In this document: positions 47,428 through 56,382 of the stretch, one piece after another
How the letters are laid out: each line of letters opens with the position of its first letter
Position numbering within the stretch: position 1 is the stretch's first letter
Source: Candidatus Saccharimonadota bacterium
GTDB taxonomy: Bacteria > Patescibacteriota > Saccharimonadia > CAILAD01 > BJGX01
Assembly (NCBI GenBank): GCA_046350735.1
Contig: JAXLZU010000001.1
Span: 384,967 to 448,966, forward strand
Reading direction: 5' to 3'
Length of the DNA stretch: 64,000 nt
Notes under the pieces: model-generated
The model's input: only the letters and a program-made list of their open reading frames with translations
The model's database searches: none
Told to the model about the DNA's origin: nothing
Position numbers and translations under genes: made by a program

Positions 47428-47826
47428 ATGAAATCGCAGGCCGAGAACGATGTTAGAGACACGATAATCAATCCGTATTACGCGGTAACACTTGCTGACT
47501 ATCTATTTGAGGCTAAGAAGACAGCACTGGTCAAAGAAGACTGGGTACTTGCAAACACCAAGCTTATAAAGGAAATGGGCTCTTCCAACTGGCTAAAGCA
47601 GTTACTGGTAACGCTCACTACAGAACCGTCAGAAAATCTTACCCATATGGTGATGAGCCCGCGTCAAGCTGTGACGCTTTCTGAAAGATTAGCCGGTAAG
47701 CACGATCCTACAATAGATACTGCCTCGTGGATTAAAGCCAATGTGAAGTTAATTGATGAACTCGGCGCAGAGCAGTGGTTATGGCAACTACTCAAAGTTT
47801 TAGAGACAGGTGGCGTAGTCGAATAA
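47428..47826 (+). CDS. Hypothetical protein with two tandem repeats of about 60 aa
   Basis: AVTL...W..AN.KLI.E.G...WL.QLL..L.T occurs twice; TATAAT 6 nt before the ATG. Confidence 0.75.
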   Translation: MKSQAENDVRDTIINPYYAVTLADYLFEAKKTALVKEDWVLANTKLIKEMGSSNWLKQLLVTLTTEPSENLTHMVMSPRQAVTLSERLAGKHDPTIDTASWIKANVKLIDELGAEQWLWQLLKVLETGGVVE

Positions 47827-47871
47827 AGGCATTTTAGGCCTCAAAAGTAATCCAAAATAAGCTTTCATAAT

Positions 47872-47891
47872 TGTCCCCATGGGCGGGGACA
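47872..47891. other. GC-rich inverted repeat upstream of the relaxase, candidate oriT
   Basis: TGTCCCC-ATGGGC-GGGGACA in otherwise AT-rich intergenic DNA. Confidence 0.35.
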
Positions 47892-48047
47892 CTTTTTGAC
47901 TTGAGTATATCTGTTGGTATAGAATACTTGTATCTTCTACCTATTAAAGTATCGGAGTAGGAGGGGTAGGCATATTATCACCTCATCATCGTGAACCCAT
48001 GCTGCCCTTAACTTTAAAACTACTTCATTAACTATGCTCCATCTACT

Positions 48048-48833
48048 ATGAACTCTTCAAAAATTACTAGCAAACAACAAGCAATAATACAATTACTCTA
48101 CAAACACAGATTCTTAGACAGAACCCATATCCAGGCATTACTACACCACAAAGACAAACGACGTATTTTTGCTTGGCTGAAAGATCTTCGGGAAAAGGAA
48201 TACATCGAATGGATCTATGACAAGAACGATTTTGCCAACAAGACGAAACCTGCAGTTTACTATCTCGGTCTGAACGGCATACGATACCTCAGAACCCTCA
48301 ATGAGTATCCATCGACTGAACTACGCAAACGCTACAAAGAATCCTCACGACAGCAATCGTTCATTGGTCGCTGCCTGACACTAGCCGACTGTTGCATTAC
48401 CGCGGGAACCAAAAGTATTGGCGATGTGCAGTATTCATACGCATTAGAAGCAGACTACACCAAGCCTAATAACGAATACTACTTTTTAAATGAACTAAAA
48501 CCGCATTTGTGTTTTACCAAGCAGGATAGCACTGAACACAAGAGTTACTTACTGGAGGTGTTTGATACGACCACACCCAGCTACATGCTTAAGAAACGAC
48601 TAAAAGACTACATTGAATATCTTGATAGTGGCGAGTGGGAAGATGCGACTGGAGATAGCCAACCACCAATTGTACTGATGGCTTGTACGACTACCGCTGA
48701 TCTTCTCTATGCCAAACACCGAACTCGCACGTTACTAGAAGATGCTGGCAACGATAATCTTCATATTCGCTTCGCTACTCTCGAGAGACTCAGACAACAT
48801 GGTGTTACTGGAATAATTTGGGAAGAAACCTAG
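48048..48833 (+). CDS. Replication-relaxation (Replic_Relax) family protein
   Basis: N-terminal wHTH (LYKHRFL...IQALL...LKDL), PAVYYL, C-terminal nuclease-like LKP....F...LLEV. Confidence 0.75.
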   Translation: MNSSKITSKQQAIIQLLYKHRFLDRTHIQALLHHKDKRRIFAWLKDLREKEYIEWIYDKNDFANKTKPAVYYLGLNGIRYLRTLNEYPSTELRKRYKESSRQQSFIGRCLTLADCCITAGTKSIGDVQYSYALEADYTKPNNEYYFLNELKPHLCFTKQDSTEHKSYLLEVFDTTTPSYMLKKRLKDYIEYLDSGEWEDATGDSQPPIVLMACTTTADLLYAKHRTRTLLEDAGNDNLHIRFATLERLRQHGVTGIIWEET

Positions 48834-49240
48834 CCAGAATTTGCATCAATATAGTCAAGAACTCTCTGTCGAAGCAGCTCACAACGTTTGATGGTCTTAT
48901 CGCTATCTCCTAGTGACTCACGATCAAGCACCTCGAATTCGCGGACTGATGATCCTTGCGGGAATTGCTGCCAGGTTAGATCAATGTGGAAGAGTGTTCC
49001 ATTGACAGACAGACCATTCCAGAAATGCTTATCTGCACTTCTGCTCATACCAGTCCATACCCATCCTTTAATAATTTCCATTTGAGGGAAGAATGACTGA
49101 ACAACCCAAGCTGTCGGGTAGCATTGGCCAAGAGCCGGGTTACCTTTCTGAGCAACGCCTAGATATGAAGTCTTTTTATCCCAAGATGCCTCAAGGGCTT
49201 CTCGTAAGTGAAGCAGATCGATATTTTGGTCTTTTGACAT
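48830..49240 (-). CDS. YunG-like protein (Cys-His-Asp triad)
   Basis: NPALGQC, HFWN, DLTWQQF. Confidence 0.7.
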   Translation of the reverse strand: MSKDQNIDLLHLREALEASWDKKTSYLGVAQKGNPALGQCYPTAWVVQSFFPQMEIIKGWVWTGMSRSADKHFWNGLSVNGTLFHIDLTWQQFPQGSSVREFEVLDRESLGDSDKTIKRCELLRQRVLDYIDANSG

Positions 49241-49298
49241 GCATCGATTATCTCATTGATGGCTAGTATTAACGAGTCATTTGAGCGTCTTAAACCGT

Positions 49299-49353
49299 AA
49301 CCCCAAAAGAGTACGCTCTTTGGGGTTCCTTACTTTTCGAATAGAAAAGTAAG
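49299..49353. repeat. Twin hairpins (REP-like)
   Basis: AACCCCAAAAGAG-TACG-CTCTTTGGGGTT, then CTTACTTTTC-GAATA-GAAAAGTAAG. Confidence 0.6.
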
Positions 49354-49390
49354 TTTGCAGCTAGATTCAGAAGATTGCTATGAACTCAAG

Positions 49391-49924
49391 TTACCATCTT
49401 AAGAGATTATTATGCGAATCAACCAGTTCTGCGCTAAGCCTTACATCCTCTAACGTGTAATCAGATGCTTCAGGATGGGTATGCGAAGCATCCTTCTTAA
49501 GGCGATCCATTTCTTTGGTTGCTTCTTGCTCAGTTTTCTTTCCAATAGTTTTTACGATAATTTTGTAAGTATAATCGTTGCCCTTAAGGCAGCTATACAC
49601 GAGCTTAACGAACCACCTGTACTTGTACCAATTTTCTTTGTCTATATCTGATAGTATTTGCTTAACTTTGTGGAGAATTTCTGAGGCAATTTGTTCCTCA
49701 GTCGCATCATAATCATCGATATCGCTACCGACATCCAATGAACCATCTTCACGCTCAAAATCAAGTTCATTAATGAAATTGATAGCAGTGACAGTATTAA
49801 GACTAAGCCCCTTTGTGTCAGGCTTTGTAATGGTTGCTAGTGCATCTACGGTTGCGACAGCATCGCTATTTTGACTTATAACTTTCCTGACTTTGTCTAG
49901 GTAGTCTTTTTCTAACTTGTTCAT
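49391..49924 (-). CDS. Hypothetical protein
   Basis: 177-aa ORF with a -10-like hexamer just upstream; no family recognised. Confidence 0.65.
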   Translation of the reverse strand: MNKLEKDYLDKVRKVISQNSDAVATVDALATITKPDTKGLSLNTVTAINFINELDFEREDGSLDVGSDIDDYDATEEQIASEILHKVKQILSDIDKENWYKYRWFVKLVYSCLKGNDYTYKIIVKTIGKKTEQEATKEMDRLKKDASHTHPEASDYTLEDVRLSAELVDSHNNLLRW

Positions 49925-50018
49925 ATAACTATAGTAGCAGAGTAATGAATTTGAAGCTTGTGTTAAAGGCTAGTTTTCCAAACAAGATTACAGAGGTGTT
50001 TTCTGCTATGATAGGTAA

Positions 50019-50705
50019 ATGAACAAGCCCCATACAACACTATTTATGCTCATGTCTTTTGATGGTAAGATTTCAACTGGCACTATTGAAGAGCGGGACT
50101 TTGATAAAGATCTAGCCAAGGTTGGTAAGATTGCCGATGGGCTTAAGCAATACTATCAACTAGAGGAAGAAACTGACTTGTTTTCACTTAACACTGGTAA
50201 GGTTATGGCAAAAGTTGGCTGGAATGACGAGAAGGCCAGTATTGATAAGCTGCCCGTTAGCTTCGTCATTATCGACAGTAAACCTCATCTTACTAACTTA
50301 GGCGTAACAAACTTACTCAAACGAACCAAAAAGCTCTATATTGTCACTACCAACAAAGAACATCCTGCTTACAATATAAAAGATGACGACTTGGAAGTAA
50401 TGCACTTTGATAAACAGATTGATTTTGTGAAGCTTTTTGCAGATCTTGCGAATATGGGCGTAGACAGGCTGACTGTTCAGTCTGGCGGTACACTCAATGC
50501 TGTTCTATTCAGAGCTGGCTTGATTGATGAGCTGTCGGTTGTTATTGCACCGCTGATAGTTGGCGGTAAAGATACACCAACACTGGTTGACGGTGCTTCA
50601 TTAGTAACAGGTGAAGATTTGCGTCAGCTACGACCTCTTGAGCTTATTGAAGTAAAGAAACTAGACGGGTCATATATACATATGAAGTACAAAGTCATCA
50701 ATTAG
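50019..50705 (+). CDS. RibD C-terminal/DHFR-like reductase
   Basis: MSFDGKI, VQSGGTLN, GLIDELSVVIAPLIVGG. Confidence 0.85.
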   Translation: MNKPHTTLFMLMSFDGKISTGTIEERDFDKDLAKVGKIADGLKQYYQLEEETDLFSLNTGKVMAKVGWNDEKASIDKLPVSFVIIDSKPHLTNLGVTNLLKRTKKLYIVTTNKEHPAYNIKDDDLEVMHFDKQIDFVKLFADLANMGVDRLTVQSGGTLNAVLFRAGLIDELSVVIAPLIVGGKDTPTLVDGASLVTGEDLRQLRPLELIEVKKLDGSYIHMKYKVIN

Positions 50706-50803
50706 AGCTAATGTTTACATCCTTCAAATTTTGTATACCATGTAACTAGAGAGGGGCTTGTGTTTGCTTGCGAGGAGACCGAAGCTTCTTTTTTTGGTAA
50801 GAT

Positions 50804-51346
50804 ATGTGGATGGAACCAAAACCCATGCCTCCTGAAAACGAACCAACTATTGAGATTAAACTGTGTAGTGAAGCTGATTTAGCCTTACTTAACAAAGCCA
50901 TCCCTGCACCAGGCTATCATGAAAAAAGATTTGCAGAGCAAGAAGATGGTAAAAGTAGTTACCTAATTGCTTGGCAAAACGACGTACCAGTTGGTCACTT
51001 AAATCTTAAGTGGGAAGGTAGTGGACCACAAGTTAGTCAGTATTTGCCTAATACTCCCGAGCTAAATGCAATTGGGGTCTGGCCACCAGAAAAGCGTTCA
51101 CAAGGTATCGGTGGACAGTTAATTGTTCAAGCCGAAGCCATGGCAAAAGAAAAAGGCTTCAAGCAAGTTGCTCTTGCTGTTAGTTTGGACAACCCTCGAG
51201 CCAAAGAGCTATATGAAAAACATGGCTATAAAGATTGGGGTCATGGAGAATATTTTGATAAGTGGACTGAAAAAGATAGCGAAAGGAAAAAAATTCAACA
51301 CAACGACCCTTGTTACTACTTGGTTAAGAAATTGGAAGAAGACTAG
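50804..51346 (+). CDS. GNAT acetyltransferase
   Basis: RSQGIGGQL acetyl-CoA motif, NPRAKELYEKHGY. Confidence 0.9.
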   Translation: MWMEPKPMPPENEPTIEIKLCSEADLALLNKAIPAPGYHEKRFAEQEDGKSSYLIAWQNDVPVGHLNLKWEGSGPQVSQYLPNTPELNAIGVWPPEKRSQGIGGQLIVQAEAMAKEKGFKQVALAVSLDNPRAKELYEKHGYKDWGHGEYFDKWTEKDSERKKIQHNDPCYYLVKKLEED

Positions 51347-51431
51347 TTCTCACCTCTAATACCACTCGGAGCCAGAGTTTATACTTGCTTGAGAGAAGAC
51401 AGAAGCTATTCTTTATTAGTATAATAACAAT

Positions 51432-51890
51432 ATGATTATTCTCATCGGTGGCGCGCCAAAAACGGGAAAAAGTTATTTGGCACACAACATTGCAAAACAA
51501 AAGAATGGTAAGGTTATTGAGTTAGATACTCTTATGCTGGAGTGGAACTTGAGCGTTTCAGATAAAGATTTTTCAAAAAAACTACCCGTATGGCAAGCTA
51601 AGAGAGATGGTAAAAAGTCGACTATAGAGGATTATAGAGTTGAAGCCCAAACCTACTGGCCAGCAATTAAATTACTAATAGACTCTGAGCTAAACAAAAC
51701 CAGCGTTAGCATTATTGAGGGTGCTCAACTATCCCCAAAGCTCTTACGACAATGGCTCGATAGCTTGAACGATAAACAGTCGCGTAGCGTAGAAGTTATC
51801 TTTCTTTCTCATAGTTCTGCTCCACTGAATAGTGAGTTTAAGGCAGACGCTGAAGTTAATGGGTTTAAAACTGTTCAAAGGGACATGTAA
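51432..51890 (+). CDS. P-loop kinase-like protein
   Basis: IILIGGAPKTGKS, IIEG. Confidence 0.75.
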   Translation: MIILIGGAPKTGKSYLAHNIAKQKNGKVIELDTLMLEWNLSVSDKDFSKKLPVWQAKRDGKKSTIEDYRVEAQTYWPAIKLLIDSELNKTSVSIIEGAQLSPKLLRQWLDSLNDKQSRSVEVIFLSHSSAPLNSEFKADAEVNGFKTVQRDM

Positions 51891-51896
51891 TGAATT

Positions 51897-52388
51897 ATGC
51901 AATCTAACACTTACAAACTTATAATTTTAGCTCCATCTTGCGGAGGCAAATCGTCTCTGATGCGTTACTTACGAGAGCACACAGACCTACACATCGCCGA
52001 AACAGATGAAGAAGTTATGAAAGCAAATAATGATGTTTGGCCAGATGACGAGCTAAAAAACAAAGTGCTTGTACCTCGAACTACTAACGAAATAATTAGC
52101 AGAGAAAACGTAGTTTACTTTGCAAGCTATATTCCTACTGAGTTGATTCAAAAAGCCCGGCAAAAAGGCTTCAAGATAATTATTTTGGATACACCTTTAG
52201 GAGTCTTAAGGAAACGAAATTCTCAAAGGATGAGCAAAGAAGGATACGATGATGTCTCACGGTGGTTTAAAGGACAGTTAGACAACTATAAATCACTTGG
52301 TGAAAAACATATCGTAGACCAAGCTATTAATGGTAACCAGGATGTAGAGAAAGTTGCTGCAGAAGTTATGAAGGCAGCAAAAAGCTAA
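51897..52388 (+). CDS. P-loop NMP/shikimate kinase-like protein
   Basis: IILAPSCGGKSS, ETDE, LRKRN..R lid. Confidence 0.75.
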   Translation: MQSNTYKLIILAPSCGGKSSLMRYLREHTDLHIAETDEEVMKANNDVWPDDELKNKVLVPRTTNEIISRENVVYFASYIPTELIQKARQKGFKIIILDTPLGVLRKRNSQRMSKEGYDDVSRWFKGQLDNYKSLGEKHIVDQAINGNQDVEKVAAEVMKAAKS

Positions 52389-52389
52389 C

Positions 52390-53031
52390 ATGCAATCTAA
52401 CACGTTAAAATATAGTACGGAGTTCCAGAAACTCATCTCAAACCCAGAACAGTTTGCAGAATTGATGAAAGATAATGAATCAAGCCCTGTTTATGAAGAA
52501 TGGGAACAAAAACGACGTTTCATTGCTGATGTCGTAGATTCCGATGGTACTATTTTAGATATTGGGTGTGCCGGGGGGTTCTTCTTACGCAGCTTACAAG
52601 AGTGGTCTGGCCATAAACTAACTCCATATGGCGTGGATATCGACGAAGGTTATATTTATGCGGCCCAAAAGCTCTATCCCGATCTAAAAGATCACTTTGC
52701 AGTGCTCGATGTACGAGAAATAAATACAATATCAACTGTCGGTTTACCAGAGAACTATGACTTTGTGTACTGGAACTTCCTTGGGTTAAAGTATTTTAAA
52801 GATTCAAACTTACACGAAACAATTAAAAGTATTATTGCCTTAGCGAATAAACGCGTAATAGTGGGTTTTTATCGAGCAAATTCACCGAAAGCGACAGAAA
52901 CTGAGCAACAAGAAGAAAAAGCTCAACTAAAAAAGCGAGTTGATGACTTTACAAAAGACTGGCCGGTAACCGGTACGCTCTATAACCCAACTAAGTTTAA
53001 CCAAGCAATTGTGTGGATAGATAAAGAGTAA
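52390..53031 (+). CDS. Class I SAM-dependent methyltransferase
   Basis: ILDIGCAGG, YGVDID, YDFV. Confidence 0.85.
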   Translation: MQSNTLKYSTEFQKLISNPEQFAELMKDNESSPVYEEWEQKRRFIADVVDSDGTILDIGCAGGFFLRSLQEWSGHKLTPYGVDIDEGYIYAAQKLYPDLKDHFAVLDVREINTISTVGLPENYDFVYWNFLGLKYFKDSNLHETIKSIIALANKRVIVGFYRANSPKATETEQQEEKAQLKKRVDDFTKDWPVTGTLYNPTKFNQAIVWIDKE

Positions 53032-53038
53032 TTCTGAT

Positions 53039-53527
53039 ATGGCGAAGTATAACTATCTCATTGAAGGCTTATCGGGCAGTGGTAAATCCTCTGTTTGCGA
53101 GGAACTTTTTCGGCGTGGCTACAACGCTGTTGATGCTGATGAAGAATATGCCTTTTTTGCAGACCCAGTGACGGGACAGCCCACAGAAGAACATCAGCAT
53201 ATGTATTGGGTATGGGATGCCAAGAAGATGACAACACTTCTCGCAGACAGGAACCAAGATGTACTATTTGTATGTGGCGGTGCCAATAATCGCGACGACT
53301 TTATGCATTACTTCGACAAGGTCTTCAACTTGAAGATTGATAAAGAGACTTTGCAGCAACGAATCACAACTCGAACAAACAACTCTTTTGGTAAAAAAGA
53401 ACATGAACTTGCTCGGATACTCGAATTGCATGGCCAAGGCTGGAAGCCAAAAGGAGCTATTGATATTGACGCCACTAAACCAATCCCTGCAGTTGCAGAT
53501 ACAATATTACAAGAGGTTGATAGATGA
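53039..53527 (+). CDS. P-loop nucleoside kinase-like protein
   Basis: IEGLSGSGKSS, VDAD, R...RTNNSFGK, IDATKP. Confidence 0.8.
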   Translation: MAKYNYLIEGLSGSGKSSVCEELFRRGYNAVDADEEYAFFADPVTGQPTEEHQHMYWVWDAKKMTTLLADRNQDVLFVCGGANNRDDFMHYFDKVFNLKIDKETLQQRITTRTNNSFGKKEHELARILELHGQGWKPKGAIDIDATKPIPAVADTILQEVDR

Positions 53528-53709
53528 ATAGAATTGGCGAAAAGAAACTAAATAATTGGAAAGAAACGTTAGCTAAATCTGGTCTTGTACTCAAGACAGA
53601 TGATGAGTACCTTGAGGCTTTCCACAATTTAGTCGGCTATTTTGACGTCTTGATACAGATGGACTATCAACAGCAAATTAAAAAGCGAGCAGCATCAGAT
53701 AGTAATTAA
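53524..53709 (+). CDS. Small helical hypothetical protein
   Basis: 61 aa, ATGA-coupled; EAFHNLVGYFDVLIQMD resembles the 47106-47267 protein. Confidence 0.6.
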   Translation: MNRIGEKKLNNWKETLAKSGLVLKTDDEYLEAFHNLVGYFDVLIQMDYQQQIKKRAASDSN

Positions 53710-53735
53710 GCTGCTATAAATGTAAAATAGAATCA

Positions 53736-54428
53736 ATGAATCAACTACTACCATTTATTACTGATGAGCTACTCAACAAGTACACAAAAGAGGTTTTAGA
53801 CAAAGCACACACTGCTGAGGCAGATGCTGAAGCAAAACTTTATAGCAATGTTATTGATCCATTTTCGGCAGTATTTGCTGCCACTCTTCACGACATGACA
53901 CTTGAAGAATGGCTTGTTCAAGAAAAGTCTCGGCAAATACAGAAAACCCTCGAAAACGCTTTGGGTGATTTTCATCAAAAAGTACTTGGTTCTATGCCTG
54001 GCTGGGAAAATGCTGGCAAGGGTGGCAGTTACGATATTAAGAATGAAACTAAAAAGATCATTGCTGAGATTAAGAACAAACACAATACCATGAACTCCAG
54101 CTCAGCAGAGGCAGTCTACCAAAAACTCGCCGGTCATCTCAGATTCTCAGAGAAAGACTTTACTGCTTACTTGGTATTTATTATTCCAAAGCCATCAGCC
54201 CGTTACGATAAAGAATGGTCTCCAAATCAACGAACCATGACCCTCCGTGATGATATCCGCAAAATTGATGGTGCAAGTTTTTATGATTTAGCATCGGGCA
54301 ATGAGAATGCTCTAAAAATGCTGTATGATGTGCTACCTAGTGTTATTAGTAACATCATGGGTACAAGCGAGCCGAAAGTGAAAGCAACCTCAGCTTTCGA
54401 TCAACTCTTCAAACGTGCTTATAAGTAG
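53736..54428 (+). CDS. Type II restriction endonuclease, Eco47II-like
   Basis: NVIDPF, RQIQKTL.NALGDFHQ, D...AEIKNKHNTMNSSS PD-(D/E)xK core; adjacent C5 methyltransferase. Confidence 0.85.
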   Translation: MNQLLPFITDELLNKYTKEVLDKAHTAEADAEAKLYSNVIDPFSAVFAATLHDMTLEEWLVQEKSRQIQKTLENALGDFHQKVLGSMPGWENAGKGGSYDIKNETKKIIAEIKNKHNTMNSSSAEAVYQKLAGHLRFSEKDFTAYLVFIIPKPSARYDKEWSPNQRTMTLRDDIRKIDGASFYDLASGNENALKMLYDVLPSVISNIMGTSEPKVKATSAFDQLFKRAYK

Positions 54429-54456
54429 TAACCCTTGCATTATGCAGTGGTTACTA
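54426..54456. promoter_or_regulatory. 31-bp palindrome over the methyltransferase promoter
   Basis: TAGTAACC-CT-TGCAT-T-ATGCA-GT-GGTTACTA overlapping TTGCAT and the start of TATAAT. Confidence 0.6.
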
Positions 54457-54468
54457 TAATATAGAAGC

Positions 54469-55707
54469 ATGAGTAGTTTACTTGTTATTTCTAAAGCCGC
54501 TGAAGAACTGGAGTTATCAACTGATACTATTAGGCGCTGGGAAAAAAAAGGTTTAATCAAATCTGTTCGATCTGATAACAACTATCGTCTCTTTAATGTT
54601 GAAGAAGTTCGTCGTATTCATAATAAAGTTTCTGGTAATCACAGTGCAACAAACAACTATAGAATCTTAAAAGCAAATACAAGTAGTTCTTATACTGCCA
54701 TTGATCTTTTTGCTGGTGCAGGGGGTACTGCACTTGGCCTTGAGAATGCCGGATTAATACATGTTCTATTGAATGAAAATGACAAAAATGCAGTGGCCAC
54801 CTTACGAAAAAATAGACCAGGCTGGAATATCATCCAGGATGATGTCGCTAAGGTAGATTTCAAACCTTTTAAAGGCAAGGTTGATGTCATTGAAGGCGGC
54901 TTTCCATGTCAGGCTTTTAGTTATGCTGGTAAGAAACTTGGCTTTAATGATACTCGCGGTACCTTATTTCACGAATTTGCACGGGCAGTTAAAGAAGTTC
55001 AACCAAAAATAGCTATTGGTGAGAATGTTAAAGGCCTGCTCTCACATGATGACGGTAAGACACTTAGTATTATGGTTGCTACACTTCAACAGCTTGGCTA
55101 TAGAGTGGCATATAAAGTAATGAGATCCCAATATTTAGATGTTCCCCAGAAACGTGAACGATTGCTTATTATCGCTGTTAGGAAAGATTTGAAGACTCCC
55201 ATTCTATTTCCTAAAGAAAAGGATTACACGATCTCGCTTAAAGAAGCTATTGGTGATAAACCACAATCAGGGGGTCAGGAGTACTCGGATAAAAAGAAGC
55301 GAATCATGAAACTGGTTCCTCCCGGAGGATATTGGCGCAGTCTCCCTGAAAAAATCCAAAAAGAATATATGATGACTAGTTACTATATGGGTGGTGGTAA
55401 AACTGGCATGGCCAGGAGATTGTCCTGGGACGAACCGAGCCTCACCCTTACCTGTAATCCAGCACAGAAACAAACCGAGCGTTGTCACCCAGAAGACACG
55501 CGACCACTTAACGTTCGTGAGTACGCCCGTATACAGACTTTCCCGGATGATTGGGTGTTTGAAGGCTCCGTATCCTCTGCTTATAAGCAGATTGGAAATG
55601 CGGTACCTGTTAACCTCGGGTATTACATGGGTACTGCTGCTATTGCCATGCTGTCCGGCAGAACCTCGGATGACCTCGAAGAAGTTAAAGAATTACCAAA
55701 AATCTAA
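54469..55707 (+). CDS. DNA cytosine-C5 methyltransferase with N-terminal MerR-type HTH (Eco47II/Sau96I-like)
   Basis: TIRRWEKKGLI..R...NYR HTH; DLFAGAGG, GFPCQAFS, ENVKG, QKRER, QIGNAVP. Confidence 0.93.
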   Translation: MSSLLVISKAAEELELSTDTIRRWEKKGLIKSVRSDNNYRLFNVEEVRRIHNKVSGNHSATNNYRILKANTSSSYTAIDLFAGAGGTALGLENAGLIHVLLNENDKNAVATLRKNRPGWNIIQDDVAKVDFKPFKGKVDVIEGGFPCQAFSYAGKKLGFNDTRGTLFHEFARAVKEVQPKIAIGENVKGLLSHDDGKTLSIMVATLQQLGYRVAYKVMRSQYLDVPQKRERLLIIAVRKDLKTPILFPKEKDYTISLKEAIGDKPQSGGQEYSDKKKRIMKLVPPGGYWRSLPEKIQKEYMMTSYYMGGGKTGMARRLSWDEPSLTLTCNPAQKQTERCHPEDTRPLNVREYARIQTFPDDWVFEGSVSSAYKQIGNAVPVNLGYYMGTAAIAMLSGRTSDDLEEVKELPKI

Positions 55708-55991
55708 CCTAACGGTAGACTCAGCAAATTATCTACTTTAGTTTCGTCTGGTTCTGTTTGCACCCAACTTCCATTAACATTTGATACAACATATAGAGCC
55801 GCACGATAACCCTGTACTTCGGTGAAAAATGTCCCTGGCTTACTATTATTTACTCTTTCTACCATGTCTTGCCGTGATGACCAGTGTAGAGTACCGCTAT
55901 CGGTACCCCATTGTAGTGCAGCTATGTGACGAACGTGATTTGGCATCCCAACTGTCATTCTTCTTGCTACTACTTGTCCGATTTTTGCCAT
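55704..55991 (-). CDS. DUF3892-like protein
   Basis: C-terminal VQTEPDETKVDNLLSLP signature; GGAGG SD. Confidence 0.75.
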   Translation of the reverse strand: MAKIGQVVARRMTVGMPNHVRHIAALQWGTDSGTLHWSSRQDMVERVNNSKPGTFFTEVQGYRAALYVVSNVNGSWVQTEPDETKVDNLLSLPLG

Positions 55992-56113
55992 AATAACCTC
56001 CTTTTTTAAATTTCCCTCAAATATATTATATTTATATAGTAGTACTGGTAGACCACTTCCGTCAATATTATTTATGCTTGTAAGTATCTAGAACTGTATA
56101 TATAATGTGATGT

Positions 56114-56380
56114 ATGGATAGTAAAGAACCCACAAGCTACAATAAAGACAACTACACAGACGAGGCAAAACGCGAACGCTTTATTCGTGTTGCAGAGCGC
56201 CGAACAAATCGTATACTAGAAGACTTAAGACTACTTGGGAATACCAGTAATAAGACCTTATATCTCTATAGTATTGGTGATATAGAAAAGATATTTGGAT
56301 CGATTGAAACACGACTGACTGAGGTAAAGTCAAAGTTTAAAACTGGTAAAAACAAAGATAAGTTTAAGTTAGAAAGTTAA
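56114..56380 (+). CDS. Conserved small helical protein
   Basis: KRERFIRVAERRTN...LRLLGN..N...Y.Y....EKIF pattern; function unknown. Confidence 0.7.
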   Translation: MDSKEPTSYNKDNYTDEAKRERFIRVAERRTNRILEDLRLLGNTSNKTLYLYSIGDIEKIFGSIETRLTEVKSKFKTGKNKDKFKLES

Positions 56381-56382
56381 TC

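Noticed and set aside
50019-53709. Integron cassette array
   Set aside because: No IntI tyrosine integrase in the window, and most intergenic gaps are too short for attC hairpins
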